A DNA stretch of 63,405 nucleotides, filler included, from Chrysochromulina tobinii (taxonomy: Eukaryota): the NCBI GenBank assembly GCA_001275005.1. It is 7 parts of 7 records of this genome, joined end to end, with 100 filler letters (N's around TTAATTAATTAA, not from the genome) between each part and the next. Parts side by side here need not be neighbours in the genome. Positions count along the whole stretch, not along the records: positions 31,108 to 34,599 come from JWZX01000389.1; positions 34,700 to 48,739 come from JWZX01000390.1; 5 more parts are not named here. One strand, written 5' to 3'. The notes beneath the pieces are model-generated. The model saw only the letters and a program-made list of their open reading frames with translations, was not told where the DNA came from and searched no databases. A program made the position numbers and the translations under genes. Position 1 is the first letter of the stretch. Every line of letters begins with the position of its first letter. Positions 34,218 to 43,818 of this stretch are shown piece after piece.

Positions 34218-34296
34218 TCAACTCCAGAGGTTGTCGCCCCCAACACCTTTCTGCTGCAGATCCAACAGCTGAAGCAACACCAACTTGGACCCTACG

Positions 34297-34515
34297 CAGA
34301 TCCAGCCAGATCCGACGCAGATCCGGGCGGATCATCAGTGCGGATCCGAAAAAGATCTGTGCGGATCCGACGCGGATCCAGGCGGATCCGACGCGGATCC
34401 AGGCGGATCCGACGCGGATCCAGGCGGATCCGACGCGGATCCAGGCGGATCCGATGGGATCCATCGCAGAACTGACGCGGATCCAGGCGGATCCGATGGG
34501 ATCCATCGCAGAACC
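34297..34515. repeat. GGATCC-rich minisatellite (21-bp unit GCGGATCCAGGCGGATCCGAC and variants)
   Basis: Directly visible tandem array; followed by CCTAACCCTA at ~34517. Confidence 0.9.
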
Positions 34516-34599
34516 GCCTAACCCTAGGTCAACTGCCGCTCAAAACAGCGTTTTTTCGACCTAACTCCTCAGGATTGCATTTTCAGGTCTCGAAACCAG

Positions 34600-34699
34600 N
34601 NNNNNNNNNNNNNNNNNNNNNNNNNNNNNNNNNNNNNNNNNNNTTAATTAATTAANNNNNNNNNNNNNNNNNNNNNNNNNNNNNNNNNNNNNNNNNNNN
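34600..34699. other. Artificial contig-join spacer
   Basis: 44 N + TTAATTAATTAA + 44 N. Confidence 0.99.
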
Positions 34700-35901
34700 C
34701 CCCCCTCCGCGCTTCCCCCCGCCCATCACCCCGGGTGGCGCCTACGTTCGCATCCTCACCGCCACCTTCCTCGTGGCCGACGGGCCGTTGGCCAATGCAA
34801 CCAGCGGCCGCCGGCTCCACGATCTCGATCTCGATCTCGATCTCGATCTCGATCTCGATCTCGTAACCGACGGGCCGTTGGCCAATGCAACCAGCGGCCG
34901 CCGGCTCCAAGCAGCCCTCGATCTCGAACGCTTACGGCTCAGCCTTTCCTTGTTACTCACTGGGGTCGAACCGCAACAAATCACGCTGACCTCCAGCGCC
35001 GTACCGGGCACCGACACATCCCTAGTCGTCGCACGGATCCGTCTGCCAATCGGTGCCAACACCACCGCGGCCGCGGCCACGATGTCGAGCCCCGTGTCCC
35101 TTGCGGCAATCTCATCCGTCCTCGGACTCACGGTATGCGGATGGCACTGATGAGCCATGCTTGCCTCTTGATGACATCTGATGACCCTTGATTGCCTCTT
35201 GATGACCTCTTGATGACCTCTTGATGACCTCTGATGGCCCCTACTCGTTTCGTGATGAACACTGATTGCCTCCCTCATCAGGTACAATCGGCCGGCGCGC
35301 CGTTCGCAGTGGTAGTGCTCATCCCGGCGCCCACGCAGCCGCCCACACCACCGCCCTCGCCGCCGCCGCGGCCGCCGCCCTCACCGCCGCCCTCACCGCC
35401 GCCGCCGTTGCCGGCGTGGCCGCCCAACGTCTCCCCGTCGCCACCAGCCGCGCTTCTCTTGCTCTCGCTGGACCAGGTACACTGATGAGCCATGATTGCC
35501 TCTTGATGACCTCTGATGGCCCCTAATTGCCTCCCTCATCGAGCGCTCACTGAACCAGGTCATCGGCGCTGTCGCGGTCGGTTTGGCCGTGGCCGTGGTG
35601 CTCGGGATGGCGCTCTGGCGCGTGCGATGGCGAGCGCGCCAGCAGGCGGCACAGGCTGAGAAGGCGGCGCGGGACGCGGTGCACTCTGCAGAGCGTGCCA
35701 CCGCGGAGCGGCGCGCAGCGGCCGAGCTCGGTCGAGCGCAGGTAGCCGGAGCGCTGCGGCGGGCGCGCGCCGTGCCGAGCGTTGACGGAGCAGAGGGCGA
35801 GGCGGACGACGAGAGCGATGAGGACAGTTGTGCGGTCGCCGCCACTGCTGCTGTGTCCGAAAAACCAGAGGCAGGGGCGACGGAGGCGACGGAGGCGACG
35901 G

Positions 35902-35962
<61 letters not shown>

Positions 35963-36269
35963 ATCAGACCATTGGACACCCACCATCCTTGAAAAGCCGG
36001 GAGCGGGTGTGCGTAAGGGGGTAGGTCAGACCCACCCCCTTCGTGAAAGAAGCCCGAGCGCCGTCCCGAGCGAGATAACGGCCGGCGCGGCGCGTGGCAT
36101 CATCGACGCTCGGTACGGCGCTCGAGGGATCAAGTTCATCGAGCGCCAACGCGTCATCGATCGTGAAGTCATCCACTATGTGGGAGACGAGGGCAACGCC
36201 ACCGCCATGGCGCTCGGTACGGCGCTCGCGGACAATGCCACCGCCACGGCGGACGGCTTCGGCGGCTAC

Positions 36270-36317
<48 letters not shown>

Positions 36318-37332
36318 AGTCTAAGCGCTGGGGGCAGTGGAAGCGCTGGGGGGCATGGACGGAGAATTCGGCGGACGTCAAAGGCGCGCGGCACTGCTCA
36401 GCCCCGAGGAGATTGAGGCGCTCGTACGCACAGCGATGCGGGATGAGATGCGACGAGCGAGGCGCTCCCCACACGCCACGCACGTTCCCCACACGCACGT
36501 CTCGTCGTCGAGGCGCTCAGCACGGCGCTCAACGCCCGAGCCCCGGACCTCGCCACCGCGCCATCCCCCACCCTCCTTGCGCCATCCCCCACCCTCCTTG
36601 CGCCATCCCCCACCCTCCTCGCCCTCGGGCCGCCAGCCCTTACGCTTGGGACGAAGCTCACGCGACGGCCACTATACCAAGGGCGCGCCGGGCACCTACA
36701 CCAGCCGAAGCGGCTCACACAGCCGAGATAACGTCCGAGATAACGACCGAGATAACGGCCGAGATAACGGACGAAGCGGCTCACACAGCCGCCCGCCGCC
36801 GAGCGACGCGCGCACGCGCCGTACTGAGCGCCTACGAGAGGAGCGCCGTACTGAGCATGGGCGAGGGGAGGTGGGCCGCACGCCCGGGCTCGATCAGCAC
36901 AATCCCTTTCTGCGGACCACCGACATGCCATCGGCTCTGCGGACTGCCAACATGCCCTCGGCACTGCGGACTGCCGACACGCCCTCGGCAGTCCGCAGTC
37001 CCTTCGTGCGGACTGCCGACACGCCCTCGGGGTCGCCCGGCGTGCAGCACAGCGGCGCATGCAACACCGCCGTGCCCGAGCGCCCCTTGCAGCCGTTACC
37101 AACGTCCGTCGAGAGCCCCTTGCGACCGTTCCCAACGGCCGTCGGCTCGCCTGCGGCCGTTGCAGCTGCGAGCATCGGGAGGCGCCCGGCGCCTCGGGTG
37201 CGGCGGTCACCCAACACAGGAGCATCTAGTCCATCCGTGCCCAACAGGGGCAGCAGGCTTAGGCATCAGGATAGTCACGATCGACGAGACAGAGGTCCAG
37301 CCACCGACCCGCCGCTGGTCGTTCGCGTGTAA
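34700..37332 (+). CDS. Single-pass membrane protein (5'-partial): Pro-rich stalk, TM helix, low-complexity cytoplasmic tail
   Basis: Exons ~34700-35132, 35282-35477 and 35559 onward; (S/P)PPP stalk; TM segment VIGAVAVGLAVAVVLGMALW. A frame discontinuity near the (GGC)n tract (~36270-36340) leaves the C-terminus uncertain (stop at 36416 or 37332). Confidence 0.55.
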
Positions 37333-37494
37333 GTTCACTCTTGAAAAGTACGCCTAGAAACCTTAGATGCTGAAACTCCTTCGCGCTTCGGCGCGATCGA
37401 TCATGGCGGTACCCGTGCCTTCGACCTTCGTGCCTTCGCGTGGCGGGGGGACCGCGACGAAACTGACTGACTGTGACTGTGAACACCGCCGGAA

Positions 37495-39725
37495 ATGTGG
37501 ACGGCCTTGCTCGTGGTCCGATCGCTAGCTGCTGTGTGCTTCACCATACCCCCAATTGTGCCCGATTGTGCTCCTTCGTGGGAGGCACTCAGCAAACGTG
37601 TGGCGGCCACATCCGTCGGGCAGAAGTTGCTCTCCGATGAGGGACAGCGTGCCGTGGGGCGAGGCCCTCCTCACACCGAGGCGACGCTTCGCCTCTTTGA
37701 CTCGGCCACTGAGTCCGATGTTCGAGTCACCTTCTTCCGCGACGACGCGGCCTGGTGCCCATACTGCCAGCGCTGCTGGCTCGTCCTCGAAGAGAAGCGC
37801 ATCCCGTACCGAGTGCGCAAGTTGCCGCTGAATGCCTACGGCTTGAAGCCGAGTTGGTTCACCAAGATGGTCGATGGTGGCAAGCTGCCTGCGGTGGAGC
37901 TCGACGGCAAGCTACACGTGGAGAGCCAGCACATCATCCGGCTCCTCGACGCCACCTTTCCTCAGTCGCCGCGCATGGTGCCCGCGCCCGGCAGCGCCGA
38001 CGAGGCTCGCACGGCCGACCTCCTCCGCTTGTCGAGCGAGATCGAGCGAGATTGGTTCTCGCTCGTCTTTTACCCGGTGGAGGAGGGCGAGGCGCTCGAG
38101 CGTGCGCAGGCGGCCCTCCTCGCCTCGCTGCGCCGACTCGACGACGCTCTCGCCTCCACGCCCGGAAGTTGGATGCTCGGTGGGGAGCACCTTTCGAACG
38201 CCGACGTGCAGTGGTGTGCATGCAAGTGCTCACCCCGGCGCCCTCCCCTCTCCCCACAGGTGGGGAGCACCCCTCGTACGCCGACGTGCAGATGATCACG
38301 ACCATCGAGCGGCTCGTGGCGAGTGTGCTCTATTGGAAGGGTCTGCACGTGCGCGCGTCGTCGATGGCGCCGGCGCGCTTTGCACACCTCGAGCGGTGGC
38401 TCGCTGCCTTCGAGGCGCGCCCATCCTACCTCGCGACCAAAGGTGATTGCCTCGGATGAGCTCTGAGAGCCTCTGATTGCCCATCTTACCTCGCGACCAA
38501 AGGTATCGCTCTGCTCCGATGGCCTCCCTCATCAGGTGATTACTACTCTCTCGTGATGGCGATGCCCTCCCAAAACGGGCCAGGCTACTCCTCCGCGGCA
38601 GCCAAGGCGGTAGCCTCACGCATCTATGGCATGGACGGCGAGTGGTCTCCGCACGCTCCAGGCCAGAGCCCCCACAGTCCAACGGTCGAGGGCGCCGTGG
38701 TGAGCGCTTGCATGCAAGGCAGGTCCAAGGCTCCAGGCCAGAGCCCCCCGAGTCCAACGGTCGAGGGCGCCGTGGTGAGCGCTTGCATGCAAGGCAGGTC
38801 CAAGGCTCCAGGCCAGAGCCCGCCGAGTCCAACGGTCGAGCCGCTCGCGCCACTCCATCTTGAGGGAGGTGTAACCGCCGCCTGTGATGGTGTAACCGCC
38901 GCCCTCACAGGTGTAACTGCCGCCCTCACCGGTGTAACCGCCGCCCTCACAGGTGTAACCGCCGCCCGTCACGAGGCCGCCTACCGGCTAATCACGAACC
39001 ATCAGCGCATCGTTCGTTTCGCCTCCCGGGGTGCGAGCGAGCCCTGATGAGCTTTGATTGCCTCCCTCATCAGGTCTGATGAGCTTTGATTGCCTCCCTC
39101 ATCAGGTGCGAGCGAGCCTGGGGTACCTTCCTTCCACGCGGAGCTCGCCGACCCGTAAGCGGCGCCTCGGATCGACCTCTGATGGCTTCCCTGATGGCCT
39201 CTGAATGACCTCGATTGACCTCGGATGGCCTCTGATGGCCTCTGATGGCCTCTGATGACCTCTGATGGCCTCTAATGGCCTCTGATGGCCTCTGATTGGC
39301 TCTGATGACCTATGATGGCCTCTGATGGACCTCTGATTGCCTCCCTCATCAGGTGCGCCGAGCCTCGGTTCGAGTTTGAGGCGCCGCTCGATGTCTGCCT
39401 GCGCCACGTGGCCGCCGCGCTGCTGGACGACGGCGGGCCTGTGGAAGAGGCCGCGAGATCGAATCTGCGAGGCGTTGCCGCGGGCGCGCCGCTCGTCGAC
39501 GACTGGAACGAGTACGAGGACGTCGACGGGCGGCCGTACTATTGGAACGAGCTCAACGGGAAGATGAGCTACACGCCCCCCACTCGGCAGCTCGATCATT
39601 GCCTCGCGTACCTGCGCGATCGGGTGGGCGTCCCTCGGGACCTATCGCCCGCCGCAGCGCTCGCACTGCGCAGACAGCTGAACGCGATGATCGAGCTCGT
39701 GTGTGACGGTGGGAGGGTTGGATAG
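37495..39725 (+). CDS. Glutathione S-transferase (Cys-type, CPYC; algal omega/lambda/DHAR-like) with a WW-like insert; N-terminal signal peptide
   Basis: RDDAAWCPYCQRCWLVLEEKRIPY...KP.WF...GKLPAVELDG...ES; ERLVASVLYWKG; GDYYS..M..P.Q.G; ELADP. Exons 37495-38179, 38260-38442, 38536-~39029, 39106-39154 and 39353-39725. Confidence 0.88.
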
Positions 39726-39759
39726 AGGCCCCGAGCAAAAATGACCGAACGAAATTGAT

Positions 39760-42672
39760 GTGACGAAACTTCTTATTGAACATAATGAACTTGAAACGGT
39801 TTCTGATGAATCTCCAGAAAATAAAGTGCGGTCCAAAAAGCAGAAGACAGCGATCGCTTTGTTGGACGTGGTCGAAGAGTGCGAAGGCAGCCTCGTGTCA
39901 AGAGCGGGGTCCCCAAAGGAAGAAGGCAGCGTGCTTCGCTGGACGAGGACGCGCGAAGGCTGTCTCATGGAGCTGGTTCTACATGAGGGCCGCTTCGTCG
40001 TGCCAGACGTGATCACACTGGAGCAGATGGAGGAATATAAGCGCGGAGTGCTCACACTTCCAGGGGGCACCAATTACGAAGATTACTACCCTCCCCTTGT
40101 TCTGTCGTATGCGTCCGGCCGCCGGCCTCGCGACTGCGAGGGCTCTGGGCCCGGGGTGGTGTACGCCAAGGGGATGATTGACTTTCTCCACGAGCGCGGT
40201 CTGCAGTGCTTCTCCGGGCTGCAAGTGCCCCCCGGCGTGGACTGGGAGACCTTCGTGCTGCGCCTGACTGGCGAGAACGGGAAGCGTGAGAAGCCAAAGG
40301 TGCTCATCGTCATCCTCACCGCGGCCTTGTACAAGTCCAGGCCGTGCCTGAAAGAGATTGACATGGCAATCAAGCACGAGGTCGAACTGCTACCTGTGCG
40401 CTTTGAGGACAGATTGCCCGCCAAAGAGGACCAGTGGACGAATCTCAATGGCCAGGATTGGGAGATGCGGAAACTTCGCGTACAGGAGAAGCTCAACGCG
40501 CTCAACAACATCCCCAACCCCGGCACGGTGCTCAACCGAGCCCATGCCCTGAAAGACATCATGGCGGCGATTGACAAGTATCTGCCAGCAGTGGATGCGC
40601 CAACGCCACCCACGGCGGCACCGGCGAGCCCTGCCATAGTGCCCGCGGCGGCGGCAATGCCGCCTCTCCCCAAGTCCTCGGGTGGGCCGTCAGATGGGAC
40701 GCGCTTCCCCCTTGGCAGCCGCGTGTACGTGAATCGAGGTCACGGAGAGGAAGTCGCAGGCTATGTGACGACGTTCGATGCCGCCAAGGACTTGTACACG
40801 GTGGAGCTCGGAGAGCGTGGCTCTGGCGGGGCGCGAGAGATGTGCTCCGACAAAGATCTGCGCATCGCGGACAGCCCGATTTCGGACAGCCCGATTTCGA
40901 GGTTTATCGACTCTGCACGCAAGGAGGTCGGGAGCCTGTTCGGAGTCAACCCTGTTCCCGGGAACGCCGCTGCCCCCGAGCCCACGCCGCAGCCCCCGCC
41001 GCTACGCTTTACACTCAAGGAACGCGTCGAGTGCCGCGACCGCGGCGGGAGCTGGCAAGTCGGCACGGTGGTCTCCACGAAGCCGCTGATGGTGCAGCCC
41101 GACGGAGACGGGTGGACCGCTGGGTACAGGTGGGACGAGGTGCGGGTCCTCAGCCTGGAGGCGGTGTCCAAGCCCACGCCGCAGCCGCCGGTTGCACCCT
41201 TGGCCATGGAGCGCGAGAGTCTTACGGGGGATTCCTCTGCATCCGAGCCCACGCCCGCCGAGATGCAGAGCTCTTGCTTCGGGCTATGCTCCGAGTCGGA
41301 GGAGGCGTACGCGAAGAGAATGGAGAAGGCCCTGAAGGATGCGCTGGACTCGGGCCTGACGCTGAAGCAGCTGCGAGCCGAAGGTTACGTCGAGGGGCTC
41401 AAGGCGGTGGGGATCACATGCGCCGAGGCCAAGACCGCGGGCTATACGGTGGAGGAGGTCCAGCGAGCTGGCTATACGGCACGTGAGGCCAAGACCGCCG
41501 GGTACGAGATCAGGGCGGGCTACACGTGCGCCGAGATCAAGGCGGCGGGGCTGACATGCACCGAGGCCAAGAGCGCGGGCTATACTTTGGAGGAGGTTAA
41601 GCGAGCTGGCTATACGGCACGTGAGGCTAAGACCGCCGGGTTTGTGATCAAGGCGGGCTACACGTGCGCCGAGACCAAGGCGGCGGGGCTGACGTGCGCC
41701 GAGGCGAAGACCGCGGTCTATACGGTGGAGGAGGTCCAACGAGCTGGCTATACGGCACGTGAGGCCAAGACCGCCGGGTACGAGATCAGGGCGGGCTACA
41801 CGTGCGCCGAGACCAAGGCGGCGGGGCTGACATGCGCCGAGGCCAAGAGCGCGGGCTATACTTTGGAGGAGGTCAAGCGAGCCGGCTATGTCGAGGGCCT
41901 CAAGGAGGCGGGCTTTCAGCTCGAGGACGTCATGGAGGCGGGGTACGTGTTGTCTGAGATCCTGCGCGGCGGCTATACCAAGGCGGACGCTGTCAATGCT
42001 GGGTACGCGGTGGCGCAGCTCCAGGTTGCGCTGAAGGCGGCCAGGGCGGCGGGCTATGCGTGCAAGGACGCGAGGGCGGCTGGCATGCTGTCGACCTGCA
42101 AGGACGCGAGGGAGGCTGGGTTCACCTGCAAGGACGCGAGGGAGGCTGGGTTCACCTGCAAGGACGCGAAGGAGGCTGGCATGCTGTCGACCTGCAAGGA
42201 CGCGAAGGAGGCTGGGTTCACCGCGTTGAAGGAGGCTGGGTTCACCTTCAAGGACGCGAGGGCGGCTGGTTTCACCGCGCTGAAGGAGGCTGGGTTCACC
42301 TGCAAGGACGCGAAGGAGGCTGGGTTCAAGGCTGGGAAGGAATGCTATGAGGCCGGCTTCACCTACGATGAGGGCAGGGCGGCTGGCTTTCCTTCGCGTG
42401 TCAACATTAATGGCGTTTTTTATGATTTGAATTGGCAAACTTTTTATTGGCAATGTTGTAAGTCCCCCTCCAAGAATTCGAACCCAGGTTGCCCCTTGCC
42501 ACCGCGCCCCCCTCCGCCTGGCGAGCATCGCCGCGGCGGCCACACCGTGCCGCCGCGCGTGCGGCCCGCCCATTCCAAGTCGTTCGTCTTAACCACTCTT
42601 CCCTCTCCCCCGTATGCGCAGGTAATTTTGACTGGGATGGGAATAAACTTTCTGATTGAAAGGCTTGGTTGA
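39760..42672 (+). CDS. TIR-domain protein with two SH3/Tudor-like beta domains and a long array of ~10-aa (AGYTxxEAK / AGFTCKDAKE) repeats
   Basis: LVLSYAS...FLHERGLQCF...VLIVILTAALYKSRPCLKEIDMAI...LLPVRFE (TIR_2-like with conserved Glu); RFPLGSRVYV and RFTLKERVECRD..W..GTV modules. The real start is probably a downstream ATG (39967 or 40028); the 3' end may be spliced. Confidence 0.8.
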   Translation: MTKLLIEHNELETVSDESPENKVRSKKQKTAIALLDVVEECEGSLVSRAGSPKEEGSVLRWTRTREGCLMELVLHEGRFVVPDVITLEQMEEYKRGVLTLPGGTNYEDYYPPLVLSYASGRRPRDCEGSGPGVVYAKGMIDFLHERGLQCFSGLQVPPGVDWETFVLRLTGENGKREKPKVLIVILTAALYKSRPCLKEIDMAIKHEVELLPVRFEDRLPAKEDQWTNLNGQDWEMRKLRVQEKLNALNNIPNPGTVLNRAHALKDIMAAIDKYLPAVDAPTPPTAAPASPAIVPAAAAMPPLPKSSGGPSDGTRFPLGSRVYVNRGHGEEVAGYVTTFDAAKDLYTVELGERGSGGAREMCSDKDLRIADSPISDSPISRFIDSARKEVGSLFGVNPVPGNAAAPEPTPQPPPLRFTLKERVECRDRGGSWQVGTVVSTKPLMVQPDGDGWTAGYRWDEVRVLSLEAVSKPTPQPPVAPLAMERESLTGDSSASEPTPAEMQSSCFGLCSESEEAYAKRMEKALKDALDSGLTLKQLRAEGYVEGLKAVGITCAEAKTAGYTVEEVQRAGYTAREAKTAGYEIRAGYTCAEIKAAGLTCTEAKSAGYTLEEVKRAGYTAREAKTAGFVIKAGYTCAETKAAGLTCAEAKTAVYTVEEVQRAGYTAREAKTAGYEIRAGYTCAETKAAGLTCAEAKSAGYTLEEVKRAGYVEGLKEAGFQLEDVMEAGYVLSEILRGGYTKADAVNAGYAVAQLQVALKAARAAGYACKDARAAGMLSTCKDAREAGFTCKDAREAGFTCKDAKEAGMLSTCKDAKEAGFTALKEAGFTFKDARAAGFTALKEAGFTCKDAKEAGFKAGKECYEAGFTYDEGRAAGFPSRVNINGVFYDLNWQTFYWQCCKSPSKNSNPGCPLPPRPPPPGEHRRGGHTVPPRVRPAHSKSFVLTTLPSPPYAQVILTGMGINFLIERLG

Positions 42673-43818
42673 TAACCGCGGTGCCGCCCACACCATGCCG
42701 CGACGACCCCAGATAGCAGCCACCATACCAAGGGCGCGCCGGCCACCTACACCAGCCGACGTGGAGCCGCCTTCCAGCCGAGATGCAGGGAGGGGAGATG
42801 GGAGTGATTGCCGCAGATGTGCACAGGGGTTCCTCGTGCTGTAAGCCCTCCGAGAATCGAACTCAGATAGACCCTCGCCGCGCGCGCGCCCACATCGCCC
42901 TCCCGCGCGCCCCCCCATCCTCCGCCCGGCGAGGCGGCCGCGTCGTGCCGCCACGCCGTGCGGCCCACGCCCTGCGTGCGGCCCGGCGCCGGCGTGGCGA
43001 GCCCGCGCTGCCGCGACTCTCACGCCCGCTCGTGCGCGTGGCGTCCTCGCGTGTGGCGGCGCAGGTCCGGTCTGAGTGTGGGAAGGGAAGGAGTTGCGCG
43101 GATGGCGCCATGCCATGGGCCCCCCCCGGGAGTCTTTACCTGCATCTGTGCCGTGTGGAGCAAGGGTGGCAGCCGCCGCGCTCAGGCGGCCGCCGACGCT
43201 GGCCCAGATGGTGCAGGTGACGACGGCTGACGACAGCATATAAGAGTATAATATGAGAGCGATGAGCCATCAGCCAATACGATAACATGACAGAGCGATT
43301 GAGCCAATAACATGAAAGAGCATCGCATCGTCGGGACCGACGAAGAATGCTTGGAGTGCCGGGTCACCCGAGATAGACCGTATACCTGTACTTCTGCGCT
43401 GTGGGTATCTCTGTCGTCTGTGTGCCCGTCGTCACTTCGCTAGTTCGCTGTCTGTGTGCGGGGTCCGGAAATAGCGAAAACAAAACGGCCTTGGCGTCAC
43501 AGGTCGGGACTATTTTTCCGCGATCATTGTCAATCTTATCTCTCAACACTCAACTGAACGGGTACTAGGGCCGTAACCCCGTATTCTAACCACACCCGTC
43601 GAAGCCATGATTAGCGGTGCGCGGAGTGGCGCCCATTCCAGAGGCAACGCCGCTCACGACGAAGGACAGCACCCGCCCGCCGTCTGCCGACTTCTCTTCT
43701 CAGCTCACTTCCAGCGCTCCGATGCCGGCTGAGTGCACCTCTGACTGTGCCTGATTGCAGCTCACTTCCAGCGCTCCGATGCCGGCTGAGTGCACCTCTG
43801 ATTGCGCCTGATTGCAGC

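Noticed and set aside
34517..34528. Telomere
   Set aside because: Fewer than two full CCCTAA units; likewise GGGTTAGG in the 189-bp repeat is a single seed, not a telomeric tract.
42680..43560. Short GC-rich ORFs downstream of the TIR gene
   Set aside because: No motif or consistent splice model; possibly 3' exons or UTR.
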